Of a stretch of DNA of 64,000 nucleotides, positions 9,520 to 18,687 are shown one piece after another. Location: the NCBI GenBank assembly GCA_041750285.1, contig JBGSZS010000004.1, positions 224,001-288,000 on the forward strand, in the 5' to 3' direction. Each line of letters opens with the position of its first letter. The first letter of the stretch is position 1. The position numbers and the translations under genes are program-made. Origin of the DNA: Candidatus Fermentibacteraceae bacterium (GTDB lineage: Bacteria; Fermentibacterota; Fermentibacteria; Fermentibacterales; JCC-6). Under the pieces are notes generated by a model, which had not been told where the DNA came from, ran no database searches, and saw only the letters and a list, made by a program, of their open reading frames with translations.

Positions 9520-9547
9520 AAAAAAAGGGGCGGCAGAACGCCGCCCC
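9520..9547 (-). terminator. Rho-independent terminator between convergent genes
   Basis: GGGGCGGC-AGAAC-GCCGCCCC hairpin preceded by A7 on + strand (U-tract on - strand). Confidence 0.75.
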
Positions 9548-9562
9548 GGGTGATAGTTCGCG

Positions 9563-10780
9563 CTACCAGTACAGCCAGGGAATCCTTTTCCTGAGGCTCA
9601 CTTCGACGTCCTCATCGTTCCACCCCGTGGGGCGGTCGAACTTCTCTTCCGGCACCACCAGGCTGCCCACGTAGCTGGCGTCCTCGTAGACCCTGGTGAT
9701 CTGCTCGGCTATCTGGCGGATGTCGTCGGGAGTGGCAATCCCGTTGTCGGTGGCCTTGTAGAACTGAACCGTGACGCGGATGGGGAACCTGTCGTCACGA
9801 ACCATCCTGTAGCCCCCTATCTCGCGGTAGGGTCCCTCGAGCTCACCGTGACCGACGACCGCGGCCTCGACGGTGCTCCGCGCCATGGCGCCCCCCATCC
9901 CGGAAGCGGTGCACTCCTCGGCGCATGCCGACTCGAACCAGAGATCCCTTCTTTCCCGCTGGCGCAGGGGTATCTGGATGAGAAGGACCATGTTAAGCCC
10001 CTCCTCGCCCGCGGCGGCAACGGACTGGCCGTCCTGCGATCCGCCGTCCTCCACGAAGTCGCTCAGCCTGGTCCCGGTGAAGCTGGCACGCTGGCCGTCG
10101 GCGTTGAAGAAGAGCTGCTGGCCCCACCCCCACGAACCCTCGGGGGCGTACTCGCTCGAGTTGTCTATGATCGCGGCGCTCGTCCCCTCGCGGGTGGCAA
10201 CTATGGCCAGTACGGCGGGGTCGCCCTCGTAGGACTGGTAGTTGTACAGAACAGGGTTGAATGTGGCCTCGCCGTTGTCGGGAATGGGAAGGAACACCGC
10301 CTGCGCGCTGACAAGGACGACGCTGTCACGCGGGGCCCACAGCCCCTGCCTCCTGCCCGGCCAGTCCGAAGGGTCGTGCAGGTAGTCACGAAGGCCCCAC
10401 ACGTAATCGCTGAGGCTCACCGGAGTGAGTTCCTCGTCACCCTGCTCGTTCCCTACGAGAAGGTAGAAGTGTTCGGGGTCGAGGTCGGCGGAAAGGTCGT
10501 GGAAGTTCGGGTACCTTATGACAGGCATGGGTGTGCAGACCCTCTCGCGGGCGGTGCCGTGCTGGACCTGTATCGTCAGGTCCGAGATGTTGGGGCCCCA
10601 GCAGGAACCGGCGTACCTCCCGGTGTCCTCCCAGGTCACGTTCACCACGTTGAGACCGTACCTCTCGCAGACACGGCTCAATTCACTGTCATACGTCATC
10701 TCCGAAACACGCTGCACGACACCGTCGTAATCAGCCGGACCCTTCAGGGCTGCCAGGACCATCAGAACCAGTATCGACAT
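9563..10780 (-). CDS. Hypothetical exported protein with conserved-looking motifs
   Basis: 405-aa ORF with SD AAAGGAG, hydrophobic N-terminus, own terminator; motifs WEDTGR..SCWGPNISDLT, VLYNYQS, RFPIRVTVQFYKAT. Confidence 0.75.
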   Translation of the reverse strand: MSILVLMVLAALKGPADYDGVVQRVSEMTYDSELSRVCERYGLNVVNVTWEDTGRYAGSCWGPNISDLTIQVQHGTARERVCTPMPVIRYPNFHDLSADLDPEHFYLLVGNEQGDEELTPVSLSDYVWGLRDYLHDPSDWPGRRQGLWAPRDSVVLVSAQAVFLPIPDNGEATFNPVLYNYQSYEGDPAVLAIVATREGTSAAIIDNSSEYAPEGSWGWGQQLFFNADGQRASFTGTRLSDFVEDGGSQDGQSVAAAGEEGLNMVLLIQIPLRQRERRDLWFESACAEECTASGMGGAMARSTVEAAVVGHGELEGPYREIGGYRMVRDDRFPIRVTVQFYKATDNGIATPDDIRQIAEQITRVYEDASYVGSLVVPEEKFDRPTGWNDEDVEVSLRKRIPWLYW

Positions 10781-10817
10781 TTTGTGTACTCCTTTCGTGG
10801 ACCGACACTGATACGGC

Positions 10818-10848
10818 AAAAGGCGGGCCCTTATTCCAGAGCCCGCCT
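10818..10848 (-). terminator. Probable Rho-independent terminator
   Basis: AGGCGGGC...GCCCGCCT hairpin followed by TTT on - strand, downstream of the 10877-11416 gene. Confidence 0.5.
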
Positions 10849-10876
10849 CGGGGATCGTTGCCGTTTGGAACGGTTC

Positions 10877-11416
10877 TTAGAAGAAGCTCACCCTGAAGTC
10901 GGCCACGACCGGGTTAAGGTCCTTGAGAAGGGAAGACGGAAAGGCGCTGTCGCCCATGAACTCGGCCGGGCTCTCCCCGTCACGGGGCAGAAGCCTTATG
11001 AAAAGGCCTTCGTAGGGTGTTTCCCAGAGAAGGGCGTATCCCTCGTTGTCCCAGGCGTAACCGAGGATCTCGAACTCACCGATGGCGGCCTCGAGCTCCA
11101 CCAGGGTGCTGCCCATGCCTATACCCTCGGCGGTCCTCCAGTAATGGCCCGGCATCCTGACTTCAAGCGGCGTACCACCGTCATTCCACAGAACGGCCAG
11201 TTCCCTGTCGGTGCCGGGGGCCACGACTGTCCCCTCTATGAACATGCCCTCTCCAAGGTTTTCCCTGGTCTGCTCGATGGTCTCTCCAAAGAACAATTCC
11301 CCGAGTGATTCGCGGGTTGTTTCCCGTGTGATGCCGGCCACCCCCTGCGGGGTCACCAGCGGGGGGGGTATGACGAGTATCGTTTTCGCTGTCAGAACGA
11401 GGGCCAACATGAACAT
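10877..11416 (-). CDS. Hypothetical secreted protein
   Basis: SD AAGGAG; hydrophobic N-terminus; WRTAEGIGMGSTLVELE...GYAWD motif. Confidence 0.65.
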   Translation of the reverse strand: MFMLALVLTAKTILVIPPPLVTPQGVAGITRETTRESLGELFFGETIEQTRENLGEGMFIEGTVVAPGTDRELAVLWNDGGTPLEVRMPGHYWRTAEGIGMGSTLVELEAAIGEFEILGYAWDNEGYALLWETPYEGLFIRLLPRDGESPAEFMGDSAFPSSLLKDLNPVVADFRVSFF

Positions 11417-11645
11417 GCGCTGCTCCTTCGGGAAGTGAAATCACTGGTCACGGGTGGTCACGTAAGCACAAATGTAATCTAACCCATCATCATGACCCGG
11501 AAAAGGAAACCCCTTCCGCACCTGTACATGTAAGGGCGTCAGCTGTTTCCGCATTGCGCCACAGCAGTAAACTTGACAAGCAGGCAGTTCTGCGCAATAA
11601 ATAACGCGCTTCCGAATTGTGTTCTTTTTTTGTGAGGAGGGTTTC

Positions 11646-12485
11646 ATGCAGTTTTTAATGATCGCACTTTGCCTGACCGGCTTCTCTGAAGACGGCAACC
11701 TCAACAGCGGCGGCATCTCCGACTGGTCTCCGGTCGACGCATCCATCACCTTCAACGTTCTCAACACCTGGACCATCACCTGGGCAGACCAGGTCCTGGG
11801 CCTTGCCACCTGGGAAAACGGTTCCTCGGTCAACATCGTCTACTGCGAAAGCTCCGGCATGGAGATCGGCAGCCTCAACCCCGCAACCGGCGGCAGCGCA
11901 GGTTCCCAGTCCAAGCCCTCCGGCGCCCAGATGGGTTTCGGCATCGCCTTCAACGACAACCTGACCACCCCGGTCTGGCACATCAACAGCTGGCAGAACG
12001 CAAACCTCTGGTACACCGAAGACCTCTTCTCCACCTGGCAGACCATCTCGAACCCCGCTTCAACCGGTGGCCGCGGAATGAGCTACAACGGTACCGACTA
12101 CTGGCAGAACAACTCGACCAGCCTCGTCCGCTTCCAGCCCGGAGTGGGCGCCGAGACTTTCTCGGGCGTCGCCCCCACCCAGATCTCGGGCGTTGCCTGC
12201 GTCCCCGGTGACAACCCCTCTTACGACTACGTCATGGTCACCACCTACAACACCGACACCTTCATCCTCTGCTCCTATGACGGCGCAAGCCTCACCCAGG
12301 TCGCAACTGGAACCACCCCCAGCGGGCTGGGCAACTCGAACCGTCTGGGCCTCACCTACAGCTACGACCGCGAGAGCCTCTTCTTCGCCTACGCCATCAG
12401 CGGCGGATACGCCATCAGCGAGATGGAGTTCGACGTGGTCTCCCTCAGCAGGGACACCTGGGCAGGCATCAAGAGCTCCTTCTAG
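11646..12485 (+). CDS. Secreted beta-rich protein with C-terminal TWxxIK tail
   Basis: SD GAGGAGG; signal-peptide-like start; Ser/Thr/Gly/Asn-rich; strong C-ending codon bias; ends VSLSRDTWAGIKSSF; followed by a terminator. Confidence 0.8.
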   Translation: MQFLMIALCLTGFSEDGNLNSGGISDWSPVDASITFNVLNTWTITWADQVLGLATWENGSSVNIVYCESSGMEIGSLNPATGGSAGSQSKPSGAQMGFGIAFNDNLTTPVWHINSWQNANLWYTEDLFSTWQTISNPASTGGRGMSYNGTDYWQNNSTSLVRFQPGVGAETFSGVAPTQISGVACVPGDNPSYDYVMVTTYNTDTFILCSYDGASLTQVATGTTPSGLGNSNRLGLTYSYDRESLFFAYAISGGYAISEMEFDVVSLSRDTWAGIKSSF

Positions 12486-12503
12486 GGGCTTCGTACAATG
12501 CGC

Positions 12504-12535
12504 GAGGGGCGGGTGAAAACCCGCCCCTCTTCTTT
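12504..12535 (+). terminator. Rho-independent terminator
   Basis: GAGGGGCGGGT-GAAA-ACCCGCCCCTC 11-bp stem followed by TTCTTT. Confidence 0.8.
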
Positions 12536-12548
12536 ATCGTTCAGATGA

Positions 12549-13160
12549 CTACTTGGAGTAGAACTCCACCACGGCGCGTTCCTGCACTTCGATCGGCACG
12601 TCCTCACGGGCGGGAATGGCCTTTACCGTGATCTTCCTGTCCTGCGGGGCGGCGTCGAGGAAAGAGGGCACGCCGATCCCGCTGCCTGCGGTGATGTGGT
12701 CCACCACTATCTTGAGGTCGCGGCTCTTCTGTTGAAGGGTGATCTGGTCACCCACGCGGACCAGGAAGCTCGCGATGTCCACCCGTTTGCCGTTGACCTG
12801 GATATGGCCATGGTTCACGAGCTGCCTTGCGGCTGCGATGGTGGGGCTGAAGCCTCCCCTGGCCACCACGTTGTCAAGCCTGCGCTCGATGAGCTGAAGC
12901 AGGTTGACACCGGTCTCTCCGGCCATCCTGCTGGCTTCGGTGTAATAGGCGCGAAGCTGTTTCTCGCTGAGGCCGTAGTTGAACCGGATCTTCTGTTTTT
13001 CCTGAAGCTGGAGACGGAATGTGGATACCCGTCTTCTCTTCTTCATGGCGCCCTGTTCGCCCGGAGTGTTCTGATTCCGGGGTTCCTTGCGCACAAGGCC
13101 CGGAAGCGGTGTTCCGAGAGCCCTGACCTTCTTCAGTCTGGCGCTTCTGAACCTGCCCAT
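12549..13160 (-). CDS. rpsD: 30S ribosomal protein S4
   Basis: QLQEKQKIRFNYGLSEKQL, LIERRLDNVV.R.GF, ARQLVNHGHIQVNGKRVDIASF, C-terminal VVEFYSK. Confidence 0.95.
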   Translation of the reverse strand: MGRFRSARLKKVRALGTPLPGLVRKEPRNQNTPGEQGAMKKRRRVSTFRLQLQEKQKIRFNYGLSEKQLRAYYTEASRMAGETGVNLLQLIERRLDNVVARGGFSPTIAAARQLVNHGHIQVNGKRVDIASFLVRVGDQITLQQKSRDLKIVVDHITAGSGIGVPSFLDAAPQDRKITVKAIPAREDVPIEVQERAVVEFYSK

Positions 13161-13256
13161 TGAGTTCTCCCGTCTTCTTTCAGGTTTTGTTGCGGCAGCA
13201 TCAGCTCCCACATCTGCCGCAGGCTGCTTACTGGAAACAAGGCCGTAACTTACATC

Positions 13257-13292
13257 AAAAGAAGGGGGCGGTCAAGGATGACCGCCCCCTTT
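13257..13292 (-). terminator. Rho-independent terminator of C25 peptidase gene
   Basis: AAGGGGGCGGTCA-AGGA-TGACCGCCCCCTT 13-bp stem with adjacent AAAA on + strand. Confidence 0.8.
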
Positions 13293-13303
13293 GAGGGGTT
13301 TTG

Positions 13304-15550
13304 CTAGCGGACCACCACGCAGGAACGGGAAACCGTGCCTTCCGGGGAGGAGAGCCTGTAGAAGTACACGCCCCCGGGCACCATCGCGCCGCGGGAATCG
13401 GCCCCGTCCCAGACAACGGAGTGGTTGCCTGCGGGAAGGTCACCCTGCTGAAGGGTTCTGACGACCCTGCCGGAAAGGTCGAAGACCTGAAGCGATACGT
13501 GTCCGGCCGAAGTGGTCGTGAAGCCAAGCGAAGCTCCAGTGGTTATCGGGTTGGGGATAGCTGCGCCCAGGTGGAAACCGGGGATGGGGGCGCCGGATTC
13601 TGCTGCCGTGCCGACACCGGTCGGAACCATGACCTGCATGGGGTAGAGGTTGTGCGCGGTGACCGTGAGTGTGACCTCGTCGGAACCCGGCACTGCGGGA
13701 ATGTTGAGCGTGACGGCCCCGGATGAGTTGGTCCTGCCGCTGGCGAGCACGGTGCTGCCCTGACAGAGGCCCACCAGGGCGTTCTCGACGGGTGAACCGC
13801 CGGCGGTGACGTTGACGGCGAAGCTGCCCACAGCCACCTGGGAGGGGTACGTTGCGCTGAGGTGGACCAGGGGACCGGTGGTCGTGAAGATGTCGTGCTC
13901 GGGCTCGCCCATGATCATGTGCATGTTGCTGTTGCTTGTGCTGCCCGTGTACTCGTAGGCCTTGATCTTGCCGTAGTCGAAGGCCTGGCCCATGTGGTGC
14001 ATGTCGAGCTGGAAATAGCCCTTGAACTGGTAAAGGGCCAGGGAATCGGTGGGACCGACGGGGCTGTTCACGCTGGCGCCCATGAAGCCGACAGCGCCCC
14101 GGGGAGTTGCGATCGAGCCGCTCTTCAGCCAGGCTTCACCGAAGCAGTCACCGCTGCCGCCGTCGGCGAACTGGCAGTTCACACAGGCGATGGAGCTGAT
14201 CCAGGGGAGCTTGCGGCCGTTGGTGAGCGCTGCCACGTTGCTGTTGCTGAAACCGGTGGTGACCCAGGTGGTGCGTGAACCGTGACCGATGTAGCTGATG
14301 AGCGAAAGACCGCTGTTGATCTCATCCGAAATGAGGCCGATCGTGGGGTTGATGCCGCCGTAGGCGCCGGAGGGGCAGTAGAGGGTGACGTCCATGTTGC
14401 CGTCGCCAGCCATTATCTGCATGTAGCGCCATGACATGAGCGGGTCCTGGAAGTCGTTAGAACCTATGCTGATGGCATACTGGAACCAGCTTGCGGCGGG
14501 TTCGTAGGGGTCGATCTCGTAGGACCAGACCTTCCAGGAGACGTAGTTGAGGGTGGCGGTATCGGCGCAGAGCCTTCCCACGTGGATGCTGGGGTCGACG
14601 CCGCTGCCGATGACCCCGTACTGGTTGTCGGAGGCGATGCTGCCAACCCAGTAGGCCGGAACGCCCACTTCGTCGCCCAGAAGAAGAACGTATTCGGGAG
14701 GGTTCGCCCAGGTATTGAAGGCGTTGGTTATGTAGGCGTCGACGGCGCTGGATGAAAAGCCGATGTTCTCCATCAGGCCGATCTGAACGTCGAGACCCTT
14801 CTCCCTCTTCCACTGGATGAGGTCGGAGCACAGGTCGACCGCCGCGGAGGAACCGATGACAAGGTAGGAACCGTCAATGACGGCATCGGTTTCCTGGAAG
14901 CCCAGGACTTCGCGGTAGTAGGGAAGGAAGCTGCGTGTCAGACCGGCAGACGCCCGGAAAAGCTCGTTCTCGCCGGGTGCGCCGTTGTTCACAAGTCTTA
15001 CGGTGACGCTGGTTGTGATTACGGTTTCACCCGTGACGGGGTTGACCTGGACCGGGTTGAAGCAAACCCACGCCACCCTGATGTCGCGGAGGATGCTGAT
15101 GCTCTGCAGGGTGACAGGCGAAGATGGATAGAAACCGCTTGTGCCGTAGACTTCGTCGTTCACCCGGAGGGGGGGCTGGAAGCCGCTTCTCTCCGGAAAG
15201 GGCTGGGCCGGAAGGACGTTGTAGTTTCCAAGAACGCTCGTTTCGGCGCTGACGATCTCGATGTCGATACCGCCTGTAGCGGGGATCTGGACCATCCTGC
15301 GGATCACGGGAAGGTCGGGGGTGCCGATCTCCGCTCCGTAACCGCCACCGGGAACCCTGAATACCACACCCGGCCCGTAACCATCCAGACTGGCGGCACC
15401 GGCCTCGAGTGCGGTGAGATTGAAACGGACGAGCTGACCGGAATCGGTGCCCAGGTATTCGGCCGATGCCACGGGCTCGGGAGCGCGGTACACGATTCCC
15501 GCCGAAGCCGAGAACACAATGAGCAATACTGTAATAACAAGATACTTCAC
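13304..15550 (-). CDS. Gingipain-like cysteine peptidase (C25) with propeptide and T9SS/FlgD-Ig-like C-terminal domain
   Basis: Signal peptide; G.PDLP propeptide; WKREKG, YVLLLGD, SDNQY, VGRL; catalytic GHG and IAC; C-terminal PNP...VFDLSGRVVRTL...WDG...GVYFYRL. Confidence 0.9.
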   Translation of the reverse strand: MKYLVITVLLIVFSASAGIVYRAPEPVASAEYLGTDSGQLVRFNLTALEAGAASLDGYGPGVVFRVPGGGYGAEIGTPDLPVIRRMVQIPATGGIDIEIVSAETSVLGNYNVLPAQPFPERSGFQPPLRVNDEVYGTSGFYPSSPVTLQSISILRDIRVAWVCFNPVQVNPVTGETVITTSVTVRLVNNGAPGENELFRASAGLTRSFLPYYREVLGFQETDAVIDGSYLVIGSSAAVDLCSDLIQWKREKGLDVQIGLMENIGFSSSAVDAYITNAFNTWANPPEYVLLLGDEVGVPAYWVGSIASDNQYGVIGSGVDPSIHVGRLCADTATLNYVSWKVWSYEIDPYEPAASWFQYAISIGSNDFQDPLMSWRYMQIMAGDGNMDVTLYCPSGAYGGINPTIGLISDEINSGLSLISYIGHGSRTTWVTTGFSNSNVAALTNGRKLPWISSIACVNCQFADGGSGDCFGEAWLKSGSIATPRGAVGFMGASVNSPVGPTDSLALYQFKGYFQLDMHHMGQAFDYGKIKAYEYTGSTSNSNMHMIMGEPEHDIFTTTGPLVHLSATYPSQVAVGSFAVNVTAGGSPVENALVGLCQGSTVLASGRTNSSGAVTLNIPAVPGSDEVTLTVTAHNLYPMQVMVPTGVGTAAESGAPIPGFHLGAAIPNPITTGASLGFTTTSAGHVSLQVFDLSGRVVRTLQQGDLPAGNHSVVWDGADSRGAMVPGGVYFYRLSSPEGTVSRSCVVVR

Positions 15551-15606
15551 CGTTTACCTCCGATTGGGTTAGCAGCTGCAAAAACGCATCAAACAGGTAT
15601 GTTTCA

Positions 15607-15635
15607 AAATTACATCTCTTTTACCCGCAAGTCAA
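15607..15635 (-). promoter_or_regulatory. Sigma70-type promoter for C25 peptidase
   Basis: TTGACT-N17-TAATTT on - strand, about 55 nt upstream of the start. Confidence 0.55.
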
Positions 15636-15669
15636 TAAGAAGTTTCAGGAACCTTGCGGAGAGACGGTT

Positions 15670-18600
15670 CTACATGCCGCTCCCGGTTTCGATGACCCTG
15701 AGCGCCCGGGCGACCGCTGTCTCGAGCTGTCTGTCCACACCAATGCCGTAATCGGAGGGAAGGGCAATGACCTCGAGATCGGGAGTGACACCGTTGTTCT
15801 CAAGGTTCAACCCCGAAAGCGTGTACCAGCCCGTTCCGGGAAGCCTGAACGATGTGCCGTCGGCGAGGTTCACGTCGACCGTGCCGATCACGGCCCCGTA
15901 CGTGGCGGTGCCAACCACGGGACCCAGCCCCATCTCCTTCCAGGCAGCGGCGAATATCTCCGCGTCGGAGTAGCAGGTCTGGTCAACGATAAGAACCAGG
16001 GGGCCCCTCCAGACTCCCAGCGGCTCGATGGTGCCCCTTCCCGATCTGCCCCGGCTGCTGGCATAGGCGGGACGCCCGAGGCTTTCGAGGATCTGGTCAT
16101 GGGTGCTTCCGCCGCCGTTGCCCCTTATGTCTACGATCATGGCTTCGCGGTCCAGTCCTTCGGCATACAGGTCCCGCCTGAACTCTTCGACCGCTTCCTG
16201 GTTCATCGCGGGTATGTGCAGGTAGCCCACCCTGTCTCCCGAAAACTCGCTGACCATCCTTCTGTTACGGGCAACCCACTCCTCATACTCGAGCTGCCAG
16301 ATCCTCCATGCCGACGTGGGTTCCAGTTCGACTTCCCTTGTTCCGCCGGAGCCCGCGACCTGCAGCGTCACCTTCCTCCCTGCGGTGAGTTGCAGCGGTG
16401 CGTAGAGGTTTTCATTCATGCCAACGGGAACGCCGTCGATGGAGAGTATGATGTCGCCCGGGTAAAGCCTTTCCGCTCCCATGTGGGCCGGCGAGCCGGG
16501 GATCACACTGTCGACCCGGATCCCCCCTCCGGCCGGAAATGTGCCGGGCAGTATGCCGAGCTCCCCCGTGTAAGCGGTGCGCTCGTAGCTCCACGGTCCC
16601 CAGATGCCCAGATGCGATGCGCTCAGCTCACCGAGCATGCGCCTCACCACGTCGTTGAAATCGGTGTTCAGAACGCACTGCACCGCCCGCGGGCGGTACA
16701 CGTCCCGAAGGGCTTCCCAATCAGTCCCGTGCATTCCCTCGTCGTAGAAGTTGTCGCGAAGGAGCCTCCAGGCGTGATCGAACTTGGCGGCCTGAAGCGC
16801 AGGTATGTCGACAGTGAATGGACATGCCCAGCCGTACACCGTTCCGCCGCCCCCCTCGGGAGGAATGGATCTGACGGTATTCCCGTAACTGAGGAAGAAG
16901 ACCTCGCCGGACTCGACGGGCTGTATCCGGGTGGGCTGTAGCCCTCCGAAGGTGAGCCTCGAAAGGTCCTCGCCCCGCCAGGAAACCGACCAGAGGTCCA
17001 TCTGATCATCCTGATCATGGCCGGGGAGGAACACTGTCCTGCCGTCGGAAGAGACACCGTAGAACTCGTACCATGCCCTGACGGTGCAGAGGGTTTCCAC
17101 CCGGCGGACGAAATCGGTGAAATCGATCTCGACGTCACAGGAAGCGCTGTCGAGAATCTCCTCTCTGTCGTCGGCCGGGGTGTACCAGTCACTGCTGCGG
17201 AGCCACGCCTGCCTTATGGAGTAGTACCCGTCGTCGGTGCGGCTGGCCCATATCAGCCTCCGTCCGTCGGAAGTCCAGACCGGCTGGAAGTCGTCGTTCG
17301 GGTGGCGGCTGACGTTAAGCGGTTCGCCTCCCCTTGAGGAAACGATGAAAACGTCCTCGCGGTGTGCTTCCCAGGGAGCGCTGAACGCGATCCATCGGCC
17401 GTCGGGTGACCATGAGTGGTGGATCAGGCCCCGTGTGTCGCAGACCTGCCGGGAGACTCCGGTTCGGATCTCGTGAATGTACAGCCTGTCGTTCTGGTCG
17501 AGGAATGAGATCATGCTTCCGTCGGGGCTCCACCTGCCCGACCTTGCGACGAGGGTCCCGGTTTCAAGTGTTCGAACCCCGTAACCGCTTTCCGGCGAGC
17601 CTTCGGCCAGAACGAGCCTGACCCCCGTCCCGTCCTCCCTCTGATAAAGGAGGGACCCGCAGTCGGGGCTGAACTCGGGGCCTTCCTCGAGAGAGGCTGA
17701 CCCGGTGAGCCTTTCCATCTCCTCCCTGATCCCGCCCTCCTCAATGATGCCCGTGTAGATGGCGCCCGAGGCCACAAGGGCGATGAGCCGCCCGTCCGGA
17801 GAGACGGCATAGTCATCGGTGTAAATACCCGCCAGCTCGACGTTCAGGGTGGGAAAGGGGTAGTCCGTCGAGGCGTTGACGTGAACGGTGTCGGGCGACC
17901 AGTCGGCCGTTGACACCGTAAGAAGCTCGCCCGCGCTCTCGAAAGCGATGGTTCCGCCGCCGTGACCCGGGAAGGTGACACCCCCGGGGAACGGCCCCGA
18001 CACAGCCACTGCGCCTGTCTCAGAAAGGGCCCAGAAGCGGTCGTTCCCGTCTTCATCCTCCATCACGAAGTGGACGGTACCGTTCACCATCATTGGCCAG
18101 CGCTGATCCCTCGGGTCCGGGCAAAGGGGCGTCCAGTCGGAGCCGGAACCTGACCAGAGCCCTGAAGAAGCGCTTCCCCTGTAATGCCTTACCCACCAGG
18201 GGGTGCTTCCCGTCTCGATGATGAAACCTTCGGGTCCGCAGGCAATGCTCCTTACAGGAGCGGCTATCAGCAGCTCGGGTGTTCCGCCCGTGACAGGCAC
18301 CGAGTAAACCCACCCGCTTCCGCCTTCCCTCGAACTCGTGAACAGGATGCGGTCAGCCTCCCAGCCCAGCACAAGGTCCTCGCCGCTGTGAAAGGTCAGC
18401 CGTGAGGCGCTACCTCCGGACGAAGGCATGACGTAGACATCGCCTCCCCCGGTGACGGAGCTTGTATAGGCAATCCAGGCGCCGTCGGGGCTCCACTCCG
18501 GGTTGGAGACGACCCCTCCCCCGGGTGTCACGCACCTCGGGTCTCCCCCCCCGGCGTCCACCAGGAAGAGCATGCCGCGCCAGACGAAGGCCAGCCCGGT

Positions 18601-18687
18601 CCCGTCGGGGGACGGGGCGGGATACCTCGCTTCGGTCACCGGTGGGGAGGAGATGACTCCGAAAAGCATTATCAGAAAGAACATCAC
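15670..18687 (-). CDS. Tricorn-like S41 protease (PD40 propellers, PDZ, S41 domain)
   Basis: Repeated WSPDG/PD40 motifs; MLGELSASHLG; PDZ GDIILSIDG; VGYLHIPAM, DIRGNGGG, CYSDAE catalytic Ser; ENNGVTPD. Confidence 0.9.
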   Translation of the reverse strand: MMFFLIMLFGVISSPPVTEARYPAPSPDGTGLAFVWRGMLFLVDAGGGDPRCVTPGGGVVSNPEWSPDGAWIAYTSSVTGGGDVYVMPSSGGSASRLTFHSGEDLVLGWEADRILFTSSREGGSGWVYSVPVTGGTPELLIAAPVRSIACGPEGFIIETGSTPWWVRHYRGSASSGLWSGSGSDWTPLCPDPRDQRWPMMVNGTVHFVMEDEDGNDRFWALSETGAVAVSGPFPGGVTFPGHGGGTIAFESAGELLTVSTADWSPDTVHVNASTDYPFPTLNVELAGIYTDDYAVSPDGRLIALVASGAIYTGIIEEGGIREEMERLTGSASLEEGPEFSPDCGSLLYQREDGTGVRLVLAEGSPESGYGVRTLETGTLVARSGRWSPDGSMISFLDQNDRLYIHEIRTGVSRQVCDTRGLIHHSWSPDGRWIAFSAPWEAHREDVFIVSSRGGEPLNVSRHPNDDFQPVWTSDGRRLIWASRTDDGYYSIRQAWLRSSDWYTPADDREEILDSASCDVEIDFTDFVRRVETLCTVRAWYEFYGVSSDGRTVFLPGHDQDDQMDLWSVSWRGEDLSRLTFGGLQPTRIQPVESGEVFFLSYGNTVRSIPPEGGGGTVYGWACPFTVDIPALQAAKFDHAWRLLRDNFYDEGMHGTDWEALRDVYRPRAVQCVLNTDFNDVVRRMLGELSASHLGIWGPWSYERTAYTGELGILPGTFPAGGGIRVDSVIPGSPAHMGAERLYPGDIILSIDGVPVGMNENLYAPLQLTAGRKVTLQVAGSGGTREVELEPTSAWRIWQLEYEEWVARNRRMVSEFSGDRVGYLHIPAMNQEAVEEFRRDLYAEGLDREAMIVDIRGNGGGSTHDQILESLGRPAYASSRGRSGRGTIEPLGVWRGPLVLIVDQTCYSDAEIFAAAWKEMGLGPVVGTATYGAVIGTVDVNLADGTSFRLPGTGWYTLSGLNLENNGVTPDLEVIALPSDYGIGVDRQLETAVARALRVIETGSGM

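Noticed and set aside
11417..11645. 229-nt divergent intergenic region with TGGTCACG repeated twice and a TTGACA; considered as a riboswitch or sRNA
   Set aside because: No riboswitch consensus recognised and the -10 is weak; best explained as promoter DNA
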